From positions 1 to 38,516 of the forward strand of contig JACRKU010000005.1 of assembly GCA_016215205.1 (NCBI GenBank): 38,516 bases of DNA, read 5' to 3'. This DNA is from Candidatus Yonathbacteria bacterium. GTDB lineage: Bacteria; Patescibacteriota; Minisyncoccia; Phycocordibacterales; UBA1550. Position numbers and translations under genes: made by a program. Under the pieces are notes generated by a model. The model was not told the origin of the DNA, did no database searches, and saw only the letters and a list, made by a program, of their open reading frames with translations. This document shows, one piece after another, positions 28,691 through 38,375 of this stretch; positions within the stretch are counted from its first letter, which is position 1, and the number at the start of each line of letters is the position of its first letter.

Positions 28691-30871
28691 ATGAATTCTC
28701 AAAAAAACTCGGTAATCGTCCTGCCACAAACCCTCCTTGCTGATATTTTTCGACTTACCGAGATACAGAAAAAGGGTCTTTCAAAACTTGGCATCATGAC
28801 CGCAAGCGACCTCATTCATTACTTCCCCACACGATACACGAGCACTGCGGAAATAAAACACATTGCTAACCTCATCAAAGGCGAGGAGGCGACGATTTAT
28901 GGGCGCGTGGTTTCGGCGAAGACGGCGAAGGGTTTCAAGTCAAAAATTCCCATGACCGAAGCATTTATCGAAGACTCGACTGGGCGCATAAAAGCCGTGT
29001 GGTTTCATCAAGCATACATTGCAAAGTGGCTTTCTCCCGACGCCATGGCGAAACTTTCGGGACGCATCGAGGAACGAAGCGGGACGCTCTACATTGCAAA
29101 CCCGGAGCTCGTGCGCACAAACGAACTTCCGCTCGATGTGAACGGCTCACTTTTTCATGCAGGACAAGAAACTGTTTTTTACCCGGTCTATTCAGAAACA
29201 AAAAGCATCACCTCGCGATGGCTCCATCATCATATTCAAAAAGTTTTTGTAATGGGCGTGCTTGACCACATCGTAGACCCGATTCCCGAGGACATACTTG
29301 CGCGATATCACCTCCCCACACTTCGCACCGCCATTGTGTGGATTCACGCTCCGCAAAAGGAAAACGACGCAAAAGCCGCACGCAAGCGCTTTGCGTTTGA
29401 AGAAGTTTTTATGATTCAACTTGCAAGACAACGAGAGAGCGCGCAGACAAAAGAGCATAGTGGTTTTCGCATTGAACCTGACCAAAAAGCGCTCGCACAA
29501 TTCACTGCGCGCTTTCCTTTCAAACCGACTGCTTCACAGACACGCGCGCTCGAAGATATTTTTTCTGATTTTAAAAAGGGGTTGCCTATGGCGCGCCTGC
29601 TTGAGGGCGATGTCGGGTCAGGAAAAACATTTGTCGCCGCGGTCGCCGCATACGCGGTCGCAACCACCGCGCCCTGTGACAACAAATTTGGGAATCTCCA
29701 AGTCGCCTATATGGCGCCGACGGAGATTCTCGCCGAACAACATTTCAAAAGTTTTATAGAATATTTCAAAGGTATGCCTATTGAAATCGGGCTTCTGACT
29801 GGCAGTGGCGCAAAAAAATTTCCATCAAAACTCAATCCAATAGGTCCGACCTCTGTATCGAAGGCCCAACTTTTGAAATGGGTGGAGGGAGGCAAACTCC
29901 CTATTCTAATAGGTACACATGCCCTCATTCAGAAAAATGTGCAATTCAAAAATCTCGGCCTCGCTATCGTTGATGAGCAACATCGTTTCGGCACATTGCA
30001 ACGAAGCAAGCTCGCAAAAAAAGATATTGTTCTTCCACATTTTCTTTCTATGACCGCGACTCCAATCCCGCGCACGCTCGCCCTCACTATCTATGGCAAC
30101 CTCGACATCACGCTTCTCGACGAAATGCCCGCGGGGCGACTGTCGATAAAAACAGAGATGGTGACCAAAGACAATCGCAAAAAAATGGAGGAACATCTTC
30201 GCAGTGAAATTAAAAACGGCCGCCAAGCATACATAATCTGCCCGCGTATAAATGAACCTGACAGAGATAAAGAACTCGCGCTTCAAGCAAAATCAGTAAC
30301 CGCGGAAGCTGAGCGCATTGCCGCACACATTTTCCCCGAGTTTGAAGTTGGTATACTCCATGGCAAAATGAAGCCTGATGAAAAAGAATGGACGATGTCA
30401 GAATTCAAAAAAGGCGCAATTCATATTCTTGTTGCGACATCCGTCATTGAGGTCGGAATGAATGTGCCAAACGCCACAATGATTGTCATTGAGGGAGCGG
30501 AACGTTTTGGGCTCGCCCAACTCCATCAACTCCGCGGACGCGTCATTCGGAGCAACCACCAAGCGTATTGCTACATCCTCACCGACAGCACGAGCGAAAC
30601 ATCACAAAAACGCTTGAAGGCGCTCGTCTCGGCAAAAAACGGATTTGAACTTGCCGAACTCGACCTCACGCTTCGCGGTGCGGGAGAACTCTCCGGCGGA
30701 ACACAGTGGGGTATCTCCGACCTCGGAATGGAGGCAATCAAGAATATAAAAATGGTGGAAGCGGCACGCACCGAGGCGGCACGACTCGTTGCGGAAGATT
30801 CAGAGCTCGCAGAACACCCGCTCCTTCGCGCTGTCATCAAGTCAAAACATAAAGATACCCATTGGGAGTAA
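28691..30871 (+). CDS. recG: ATP-dependent DNA helicase RecG
   Basis: RLLEGDVGSGKT, MAPTEILAEQH, DEQHRFG, MTATPIPRTL, QLHQLRGRV. Confidence 0.97.
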   Translation: MNSQKNSVIVLPQTLLADIFRLTEIQKKGLSKLGIMTASDLIHYFPTRYTSTAEIKHIANLIKGEEATIYGRVVSAKTAKGFKSKIPMTEAFIEDSTGRIKAVWFHQAYIAKWLSPDAMAKLSGRIEERSGTLYIANPELVRTNELPLDVNGSLFHAGQETVFYPVYSETKSITSRWLHHHIQKVFVMGVLDHIVDPIPEDILARYHLPTLRTAIVWIHAPQKENDAKAARKRFAFEEVFMIQLARQRESAQTKEHSGFRIEPDQKALAQFTARFPFKPTASQTRALEDIFSDFKKGLPMARLLEGDVGSGKTFVAAVAAYAVATTAPCDNKFGNLQVAYMAPTEILAEQHFKSFIEYFKGMPIEIGLLTGSGAKKFPSKLNPIGPTSVSKAQLLKWVEGGKLPILIGTHALIQKNVQFKNLGLAIVDEQHRFGTLQRSKLAKKDIVLPHFLSMTATPIPRTLALTIYGNLDITLLDEMPAGRLSIKTEMVTKDNRKKMEEHLRSEIKNGRQAYIICPRINEPDRDKELALQAKSVTAEAERIAAHIFPEFEVGILHGKMKPDEKEWTMSEFKKGAIHILVATSVIEVGMNVPNATMIVIEGAERFGLAQLHQLRGRVIRSNHQAYCYILTDSTSETSQKRLKALVSAKNGFELAELDLTLRGAGELSGGTQWGISDLGMEAIKNIKMVEAARTEAARLVAEDSELAEHPLLRAVIKSKHKDTHWE

Positions 30872-30912
30872 CCCAGCACTTGCTCACGGTAGCGAGTAAA
30901 TGCTGGGTTACT
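30868..30912. terminator. Hairpin between the convergent recG and tRNA-Ile genes
   Basis: AGTAACCCAGCACTTGCTC ... GAGTAAATGCTGGGTTACT. Confidence 0.6.
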
Positions 30913-30948
30913 AGACCGCGGAGATATATGGTATTTTTAAATTCTTTG

Positions 30949-31022
30949 TCCGTCCACCAGGACTCGAACCTGGGACCGCAGAGATATAAGCTCTGTGCTC
31001 TAACCAACTGAGCTATGGACGG
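30949..31022 (-). tRNA. tRNA-Ile(TAT)
   Basis: Acceptor CCGTCCA/TGGACGG with A73, D arm GCTC/GAGC, arm CAGAG-CT-TAT-AT-CTCTG, T arm CCAGG-TTCGAGT-CCTGG. Confidence 0.92.
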
Positions 31023-31111
31023 ACAAAAAATTCAAAATATATCAATTAGCCCCAATAGTATACCAAAAATAGAAAAACTGAAACTCACCTATGCCATGCT
31101 ATAATGTCTGC

Positions 31112-32056
31112 GTGAAAACTGAAACATCACGCAAAATAACCATCCTGTTGGCATTAGTCGCTCTCATTTTCGCGTGTGGCATCGGATATTTAGGATACCA
31201 AAACTACCAGCTCACACAGACAAAACTTTCCCTTGAAACAGAGCTTACAAATACCAAACAAGATTTTGCATCAACAACCCAAAAGCTTGCTAGTGATATC
31301 GAGGCGTTCAGAGAGCTTCTCATCGCAACACAGAGCGACAAGGTAAGCGCCGAACAAGACATCCGTAAACAAAAGGAAGTACTCGATGCCATATCAAGCA
31401 CTCTCGGCACGTACGAGAAACTTGCTAACACGGACCGCGAGCTTTTGGCGAAATACTCGAGGGTCTATTTTCTGAATGAAAATTACACCCCAAAGTATTC
31501 CATTACTATTCCCGCTCCGTACACCTATGAACCGGAAAAAGAAAAGATGATTATGGCGGAAGTGTGGCCGTTCCTCCAAAAATTACTGGATGACGCAAAA
31601 ACGGCAAACATTGATTTGAAAATTATTTCGGCATATCGCTCGTTTGACACGCAAGGCAAACTCAAATCTGCGTACACGGTTACTTATGGCATCGGTTCAA
31701 ATAAATTTTCTGCAGATCAGGGATATTCGGAACATCAGCTCGGCACCACGATAGACTTCACAACATCAAAACTCGCGGCAAGTTTTTACACTTTTGAAAA
31801 AACCGCGAGCTATTCATGGCTTATGGAAAATGCTTATAAATACGGATTTATACTTTCGTATCCAAAAAAGAACGGTTATTATATTTTTGAACCGTGGCAC
31901 TGGAGGTTTGTGGGCAAAAGTCTGGCGCTCCGACTCCACGATGGAAATAAAAACTTCTATGATATCCCACAACGGGAAATCAACGAGTACCTCATCTCCA
32001 TTTTTGAAACAGAACCTAAAGTACAAATCGCACCGCTATCATCGTCCACACGATAA
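31112..32056 (+). CDS. D-Ala-D-Ala carboxypeptidase (M15B/VanY family) with TM anchor and coiled coil
   Basis: SAYRS, GYSEHQLGTTID, YGFILSYP, EPWHWRFVG. Confidence 0.9.
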   Translation: MKTETSRKITILLALVALIFACGIGYLGYQNYQLTQTKLSLETELTNTKQDFASTTQKLASDIEAFRELLIATQSDKVSAEQDIRKQKEVLDAISSTLGTYEKLANTDRELLAKYSRVYFLNENYTPKYSITIPAPYTYEPEKEKMIMAEVWPFLQKLLDDAKTANIDLKIISAYRSFDTQGKLKSAYTVTYGIGSNKFSADQGYSEHQLGTTIDFTTSKLAASFYTFEKTASYSWLMENAYKYGFILSYPKKNGYYIFEPWHWRFVGKSLALRLHDGNKNFYDIPQREINEYLISIFETEPKVQIAPLSSSTR

Positions 32057-32300
32057 TCGCCGAAAATGTGCACCAAAAACACCACGCGCGGATGATGCGC
32101 CACTGCACATATAAAAAGTAACATGACATAACGGCGCCGCTAAAAAGAATCAGGTACTCGCCCATTGTTACCGCAGAGGAGGTGTCTCCGGAAAAAATCA
32201 TCCACTCAACAACGGCAAGCGTGGCGTAAAAAATGATGCCGAGAACCTCGTTGGAAACGCCGCACGTTTTACTGTATGAACTTTCCCATACGGCGCTACC
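32016..32300 (-). pseudogene. 5'-truncated vitamin K epoxide reductase (VKOR) family gene
   Basis: AVWESSYSK..GV..EVLGIIFY, three TM segments and WCFWC; TM1 and the loop cysteines are absent. Confidence 0.7.
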
Positions 32301-34338
32301 GAACCGGTATCGAGACAAAAAATGTCGTACCCTCGCCCTCTTCAGAATTGAACCAGATTTTGCCACCGAGAAGTTTAACATACTCTTTCGCCACAAAAAG
32401 TCCGAGACCAGAGCCGGCAATTTTTGTCCCATGATTACTTCCGCGGAAAAACTTGGTGAATATAATTGGCTGGTCTTCGGTGGAAATCCCCCGTCCATGG
32501 TCTCCTATTTCAAAAATGATATTTCCGTCTTGAAGCGAGGTCTGTACATTAACGATTGTTCCCTCGTGTCCATAGAGAATTGCATTATCCATAATCTCAT
32601 ACAACACGCCCTTTAGTAATTTGGGGTCAGTATTAACTTCCAAAGAAACAGGCGTCATCTCGACCGAGAGCGTCACCTTGCGAAGTTTAGCTTTCGGGTG
32701 GAGTTTCTCTTTCAAATCTCCCAGTGCATCATTTATTTTTACGGATACTATATGCGGCACTACCACCCCTCTGTCTATTTCAGAAACAGTAATGAGGTGC
32801 TCTTCGAGATCCTTCACGCTTAGAATCGCGTCGTGAGCAAACTCGAGGTTTTCATTACGCTTCTTCACATTATGCGTCTTTTGCGCCGTTTCAATATTCC
32901 AAAGAGCCTCGGTAACCGGAGTGCGGAGCTGATGCGTCGCATACGAAAAATCAGAGTGCATTCGATCAGAAGCAAGTCCTTTTGAAATATCGCGAAATAC
33001 GATAATTGCCCCCTCGCTCTGCCCGCGCCCATTCACAACAGACGCGGCACTGTCGGCAATCGCTATCTCGCTTCCGTCTTTTCTTACGAGTAAAAGCCCC
33101 TTCTTAACCGATTGTACATTCCCTGAAACAATCGCTTCTTCAATAAACGAAAAATGTTCTTCTCGTTCAGGCTCTTTCAAAAATTTGATAATTGAGCGAA
33201 ATGGTTTTCCAAGCGCTTCTTCATTGCTCCACCCGGAGATAACACCCGCCATCCTATTCCAGAGCGTAATGTTCCAGTTGCGATCAATCGCAACAACACC
33301 GTCGCCAATACTGTCGAGAAATAGCCGCTCGCGATCCCTCTGACCCTGCATCATCGCTTTGTTTTTCAAAATACGATAGGAAGAAAAACCGACAATAACA
33401 ATAATGAGCGCTAAAATAAGAGCAATTTTAACAACTTCTTGATTTCGTCCAGCAAAAGCAATGTCTTTCGGCTGTACAACCATAACACCATACCCGTATT
33501 TTTCCACAGAGGCATATGCGGCCAAGTCCTCCTCATTATCTACAGTATCAAAAAACACATCAACCCCGTGTTCTCCGTTGAGAAGTTTCTTCACTACCGC
33601 AACCGAGGAAAAATCAATCAATTCATCACCACCATTCATTTTCAGATGTCCCACAAGTTGCCCCTTTTTATCCACTACAATAATATATCCATGAGAACCG
33701 ACATTGAGCTCATTGCTCCAATTGACGACCTCGTCAGCTTTTATAGCGAGAAGAAGGAACCCGAGAACATTTTGGTTTGACGACCGTATTGGAATCGCCA
33801 CCGTGACTACATTGTATCTGGGTTCTGGAACACGGAGGAACGCAGCTGAAACATATGGCTTCCATTCTTTGCTCACTCCTTGATAGTAGTCGCGGTAGGC
33901 GAAACTTTTTCCAATTGTTTCAGGCGCCGATGGAATCCTCGCCTTCATCACCCCTTCTTTATCAAAAAGGTTAATCGCATCGATATAAGGAAGATATTGT
34001 TGTATCCCATCTATATTTTCAATCGATTTGCTCCAATTTCCCTTTTCTATATTTTGATAAACCATGGGACGCGAGGCGAGCGACATACCAACATCAACAA
34101 TCCCGTCAAACTTTTCCTTAATAAGGAGCGCGCCCAAAGAAACTATCGCCTCTCTGCGTTCGAACGCGATAGATGTTTGGTGTTTAAATTCTCGAACACT
34201 CAGATACACCCCTGCGATAACTAACGGGGAAATAATCATCGCGAGAATTACCGGCAACGAAAATCTCTTCATTTCATTAACTTTTTCCTTTATTGCCCCC
34301 CCCACGACAATTGAGGTGCCACCTCGTTCGTTATTCAT
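32296..34338 (-). CDS. Sensor histidine kinase (TM-Cache-TM-PAS-HisKA-HATPase)
   Basis: FAYRDYYQ Cache motif, SIGDGVVAID PAS, THQLRTP H-box, DNAILY, DHGRGI, GSGLGL. Confidence 0.9.
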   Translation of the reverse strand: MNNERGGTSIVVGGAIKEKVNEMKRFSLPVILAMIISPLVIAGVYLSVREFKHQTSIAFERREAIVSLGALLIKEKFDGIVDVGMSLASRPMVYQNIEKGNWSKSIENIDGIQQYLPYIDAINLFDKEGVMKARIPSAPETIGKSFAYRDYYQGVSKEWKPYVSAAFLRVPEPRYNVVTVAIPIRSSNQNVLGFLLLAIKADEVVNWSNELNVGSHGYIIVVDKKGQLVGHLKMNGGDELIDFSSVAVVKKLLNGEHGVDVFFDTVDNEEDLAAYASVEKYGYGVMVVQPKDIAFAGRNQEVVKIALILALIIVIVGFSSYRILKNKAMMQGQRDRERLFLDSIGDGVVAIDRNWNITLWNRMAGVISGWSNEEALGKPFRSIIKFLKEPEREEHFSFIEEAIVSGNVQSVKKGLLLVRKDGSEIAIADSAASVVNGRGQSEGAIIVFRDISKGLASDRMHSDFSYATHQLRTPVTEALWNIETAQKTHNVKKRNENLEFAHDAILSVKDLEEHLITVSEIDRGVVVPHIVSVKINDALGDLKEKLHPKAKLRKVTLSVEMTPVSLEVNTDPKLLKGVLYEIMDNAILYGHEGTIVNVQTSLQDGNIIFEIGDHGRGISTEDQPIIFTKFFRGSNHGTKIAGSGLGLFVAKEYVKLLGGKIWFNSEEGEGTTFFVSIPVR

Positions 34339-34367
34339 ATATTTATATAGTACATTTTTTGTGCCAC

Positions 34368-36317
34368 TTATGCCACAGGTTCCTTTTTCTTTTTCGGCAA
34401 AATACCGCTTGCAACGAGAATCTTTTCAAACTCTTCGCGCTCGATAGATTCCTTTTCAACGAGCTCGTTCGCAATGGCATCAAGCGCTTTGCGGTGCGTC
34501 TTGCACGCCTCGCGAGCCCGCGCAAAAGCGTCATTCATAATCTTAGAAACTTCGGCGTCAATTTTTGCCGATACATCCTCCGAGTAGTCGCGACTATCCA
34601 CCCCGCGTCCGCCAAAAAGCGCGCGCCCCCCGGACCCTTCGAGGGCCACGGGTCCGAGCTTTTCTGACATTCCGTATTTGGTCACCATATCACGCGCAAG
34701 GGCAGTCGCTACCTGCAGGTCATTTGATGGTCCTGTCGTAATATCTCCGAAAACCATTTCCTCGGCAACATATCCCCCGAGCGACATCGCAATCTCATCC
34801 AAAAATTCCTTGCGTGATTGCAGGCGTGTTTCTTCAAGGGGAAGCTTTAGCGTGTAGCCCCCCGCATTTCCGCGCGCGATGATTGAAATTTTATGCACAG
34901 GGTCGGCGTGCGGCAGAACCGACGCCACAAGCGCGTGTCCAGCTTCATGATATGCGGTAATTTTCTTTTCTTCTTTCGAAAGGATGTGGCTCTTCCTTTC
35001 GGGGCCGAGCATTACTTTTTCAATAGAGCGTATGAGGTCGTACTGCGCGACAGTCTTTCGGTCCTCGCGCGCGGCTAAAATCGCGCCTTCATTCATAAGC
35101 GAAGACAAGTCCGCTCCGGAAAATCCCGGCGTGCGCTCGGCGACAACTTTCAAGTTCACATCCTCCCCAAGAGGTTTCTTTCGCGCGTGAATATTCAAAA
35201 TTTCCTCGCGTCCTTCGCGGTCGGGAAGCTCAAGGGTTACGCGTCTGTCAAAACGACCCGGACGAAGGAGTGCTGGGTCGAGCACGTCGGGCCTGTTGGT
35301 GGCAGCCATCACGATTACTTTTTCTGATGGCTCAAAACCGTCCATCTCCACGAGGATTTGGTTGAGTGTCTGCTCGCGCTCATCATTGCCACCGCCCACA
35401 CCGCCCCCGCGCACGCGTCCTACTGCGTCAATCTCGTCCACAAAAATAATTGCTGGGGCAGACTTCTTTGCCATTTTGAAAAGGTCGCGCACGCGCGATG
35501 CGCCCACGCCGACAAACATTTCAACAAACTCCGAACCCGAGAGATGAAAAAACGGCACCGCCGCCTCCCCCGCAACCGCGCGGGCAAGCAAAGTTTTTCC
35601 GGTACCCGGCGCGCCCATTAAAAGCACGCCTTTCGGAATACGCGCGCCGATGTCCAAAAACTTTTTCGGATTACGGAGGAAGTCCACAATTTCGACGAGC
35701 TCCTCTTTTGCCTCCTTTGCGCCCGCTACATCCTTAAATGTTACTTTTTGGCTAGCGTCATTCGGATCAATGATGCGAGCTTTTGACTGACCAAAAGAAA
35801 ACGCCTGCATCCCAGCCCCTTTCACTTGTCGCGAGAGCATCCAAAACACAAAACCGATAAGTAGAATTGGTAGAAGAAACGGCAATAAATTAAGCGCATA
35901 GTAACCAAAGCCACTTTCGCTTTTTACTTCCACCTCAACCCTTGCAAGTTTTTCGGCTGTGACGCCATAGTTCACAAGCGTCTGCGAAAGCGACGATTCT
36001 ATTTCTTTTTTGGATTTCTTTTTCGTGCCATCGGTGTACTCGGCATTGATCATTCCGCCTTCAACAACAATCTTTTTCACCGCACCGCCCGAAATATCTT
36101 GCGCGATTTTTGAAACAGACACTTCCTCAACTTTATTCTTGTTTCCAACAACGGCTGAATAGAGCGTTGAAATAATAAGAAATACGAGGACCGCGGTAAG
36201 AAGATTGGAAAAAAATTGCCCTCCGGTCGGCATAGATGGAAGCCCGGGAATTTTCCCTTTATTTCCGCCTTTCCTCTCTTTTACTTTTGTTCCTTTCTTG
36301 TTCTTCAAAATTTCCAT
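34368..36317 (-). CDS. ftsH: ATP-dependent zinc metalloprotease FtsH
   Basis: [39 protein letters not shown]. Start placed at MEILK. Confidence 0.97.
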   Translation of the reverse strand: MEILKNKKGTKVKERKGGNKGKIPGLPSMPTGGQFFSNLLTAVLVFLIISTLYSAVVGNKNKVEEVSVSKIAQDISGGAVKKIVVEGGMINAEYTDGTKKKSKKEIESSLSQTLVNYGVTAEKLARVEVEVKSESGFGYYALNLLPFLLPILLIGFVFWMLSRQVKGAGMQAFSFGQSKARIIDPNDASQKVTFKDVAGAKEAKEELVEIVDFLRNPKKFLDIGARIPKGVLLMGAPGTGKTLLARAVAGEAAVPFFHLSGSEFVEMFVGVGASRVRDLFKMAKKSAPAIIFVDEIDAVGRVRGGGVGGGNDEREQTLNQILVEMDGFEPSEKVIVMAATNRPDVLDPALLRPGRFDRRVTLELPDREGREEILNIHARKKPLGEDVNLKVVAERTPGFSGADLSSLMNEGAILAAREDRKTVAQYDLIRSIEKVMLGPERKSHILSKEEKKITAYHEAGHALVASVLPHADPVHKISIIARGNAGGYTLKLPLEETRLQSRKEFLDEIAMSLGGYVAEEMVFGDITTGPSNDLQVATALARDMVTKYGMSEKLGPVALEGSGGRALFGGRGVDSRDYSEDVSAKIDAEVSKIMNDAFARAREACKTHRKALDAIANELVEKESIEREEFEKILVASGILPKKKKEPVA

Positions 36318-36365
36318 AATAGCAATAGTATACACAAATCATCGTCCGACTGCTAGAATGACAAA

Positions 36366-36812
36366 ATGGCGTTGATTCAGAACAAAAAGGTACACTGGAA
36401 CTACGAGATTATCTCGCGGTTTGAGGCGGGTATAGAGCTTATGGGTACCGAGGTCAAAGCGGTTCGCGATGGGCGCGGCTCGCTTGAGGGCGCGCATGTG
36501 ACTGTTCGCGGAGGCGAGGCGTATTTAGTTGGCGCAACCATTCAACCTTACCAAGCCGGCAATACTCCAAAAGATTACGATGCCGCCAGGAACCGCAGGC
36601 TCCTTTTGACAAAAACCGAGCTCGCGGAGCTTGCGACGCAAGAGTCTAAAAGGGGCTTGACAATAGTGCCTGTTGCGGTGTATAATAAAAGTCACAAACT
36701 CAAGGTTGAAATCGCGGTCGTGCGCGGTAAAAAAACGCACGATAAACGCGAAACGATTAAAAAACGTGAGGCCGAGAGAGATGTGATGCGTGACATAAAA
36801 GGCGTAAGGTAG
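36366..36812 (+). CDS. smpB: SsrA-binding protein
   Basis: NKK, EAGIELMGTEVK, RRLLL, GKKTHDKRE. Confidence 0.97.
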   Translation: MALIQNKKVHWNYEIISRFEAGIELMGTEVKAVRDGRGSLEGAHVTVRGGEAYLVGATIQPYQAGNTPKDYDAARNRRLLLTKTELAELATQESKRGLTIVPVAVYNKSHKLKVEIAVVRGKKTHDKRETIKKREAERDVMRDIKGVR

Positions 36813-36847
36813 CACTTTTACAATTCAGAATAAATGCATTTTAATAC

Positions 36848-37263
36848 GGGGATGATCGGCCTAGACAGGCGGTCAACTCTGGTCAGTGCTATGCCGAGAA
36901 TGTTCAAGACCTCGTTAAATCTTGAATACACAAGTATGTGCAAAAAACACACTTGCAAAAGCTAAGGCTATCGTATCACCATACTTTGGTGCTAACGCCT
37001 TCGCTCCTGCTTACGCTCTCGTAGCCTAAACAGCATTCACATTCAGTACGCCCTCTAGGGAATCGTGGGTGATATAAAAAGAGGGCTCATCATTTGGAAT
37101 GACTCTACCAAATGAAAAAACAAAGAGTATCGGTTGTGTATGATTTGGAATACTTTATACATACACTCCTTAAATTAAGCCTAGCTTAAAAATAAGTATT
37201 CTACGCATAGTAGACTCTAGCCAGAACATCGTCTGCACGGGGGTTCGATTCCCCCCATCTCCA
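36848..37263 (+). ncRNA. ssrA: tmRNA
   Basis: 5' GGGGATG pairs with 3' CATCTCC-A (G3-U70); T arm GGGGG-TTCGATT-CCCCC; directly follows smpB; contains a tag ORF. Confidence 0.93.
36940..37029 (+). other. tmRNA tag reading frame AKNTLAKAKAIVSPYFGANAFAPAYALVA*
   Basis: GCA resume codon after AGTATGT; ends YALVA-TAA. Confidence 0.75.
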
Positions 37264-37452
37264 CAAGTCGCACCGCCCAAAGACGCATGTCTTTGGGCGG
37301 TTTGCGATTGTGTGAGATGTGGGGAATCGAAAAGCGCAGGCGGGCACACTGTGTACTCACAGGGTCGCCGAGCTGGGGTCGCGAACACTTTGTATTTTGT
37401 GAGTAATCGAAACAAAATACTTAGTGATTCGTGACCGATGAACCCCATCTCC
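37264..37452 (+). repeat. tRNA-anchored structured element, copy 2 (on tmRNA)
   Basis: Antisense copy of the tmRNA 3' end ending at 37331; direct repeat CCCCATCTCC 37253-37262 = 37443-37452; core shared with copy 1. Confidence 0.75.
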
Positions 37453-37489
37453 CTTGCGTGAAAAGTAGGTGCGGGAGTATACTATCCCC

Positions 37490-38209
37490 ATGTCTAAACC
37501 TCACCGCATCCTTCTCAAGCTCTCAGGCGAACAATTTGCCGGCAAAAATGTTTTCGGTATTGATACCGATTTTCTTCTTGGTCTCGCAAAAGAGCTTCAC
37601 GAAGTTGTCACGGAGACAAAAGCGCAAATCGTCATCGTCGTCGGAGGCGGCAACTTTCTTCGCGGAGCAACCCTTTCAAAAAAAGAATCGACCATTGAGC
37701 GCGCTACAGCAGACTACATGGGAATGCTTGCAACAGTGATGAACGGCATGGCGCTCGTCGACATCCTCGAGCATTTTGGACAGCCCGCGCGCCTGCAAAC
37801 ACGCCTCCGCATTGAATCGGTCGCGGAGCCGTTCATTCGTCGCCGCGCAATACGCCACCTTGAAAAAGGGCGTATAGTAGTGATTGGCGGAGGGACAGGT
37901 AATCCGTTTGTAACGACCGACACTGCGGCAGTATCTACAGCGCTTGAACTCGGATGTGACATTGTTCTTAAAGCGACAAAAGTGGATGGCGTGTATTCAA
38001 AGGACCCAGACAAGCACATTGACGCGGTAAAAATTGACCGTATGTCGTACCTTGATGTCATTAAGGATAAGGATATTTCCGTGATGGACAATGCGGCAAT
38101 CTCTCTCGCGATGGACAACAATCTTCCTATTCGTATATTCGACCTTCTTACAAACGGCAACATCAAGCGAATCGCGAATGGCTTTGAGGTAGGCACATTG
38201 GTGCATTAG
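37490..38209 (+). CDS. pyrH: Uridylate kinase
   Basis: RILLKLSGE, VVGGGNFLRG, DYMGMLAT, GTGNPFVTTD, KVDGVY. Start placed at MSKPH. Confidence 0.97.
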   Translation: MSKPHRILLKLSGEQFAGKNVFGIDTDFLLGLAKELHEVVTETKAQIVIVVGGGNFLRGATLSKKESTIERATADYMGMLATVMNGMALVDILEHFGQPARLQTRLRIESVAEPFIRRRAIRHLEKGRIVVIGGGTGNPFVTTDTAAVSTALELGCDIVLKATKVDGVYSKDPDKHIDAVKIDRMSYLDVIKDKDISVMDNAAISLAMDNNLPIRIFDLLTNGNIKRIANGFEVGTLVH

Positions 38210-38219
38210 AAACAAAAAA

Positions 38220-38339
38220 CAAAAAGAAATAAAAAGTCCAGGACTTTGTAAAACAAAGTCCAGGACTTTTTATTTCTTTTTGACATACAATCAATTGTGT
38301 CACTTGGAGGCATCACTTGGAGGCCTTGCCTCCAAGTGA
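38220..38339. repeat. Cluster of REP-like palindromes; the first may terminate pyrH
   Basis: 30-bp inverted repeat 38220-38282 with AAAGTCCAGGACTTT in each arm; TCACTTGGAGGC twice plus one inverted copy at 38300-38339. Confidence 0.75.
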
Positions 38340-38375
38340 AGGCCGCCAAAGTAACTTTTTTGTTTTTGTTATTTA

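Noticed and set aside
28503-28727. 75-aa N-terminal extension of the BrnT-like toxin in the ORF track
   Set aside because: It is the antisense of the displaced peptidase fragment and the recG start; a -10 box lies 6 nt before the ATG at 28502.
32301-32498. N-terminal part of the 160-aa ORF as a genuine VKOR N-terminus
   Set aside because: It is an alternative frame of the kinase ATPase domain, with no TM1 or loop cysteines.
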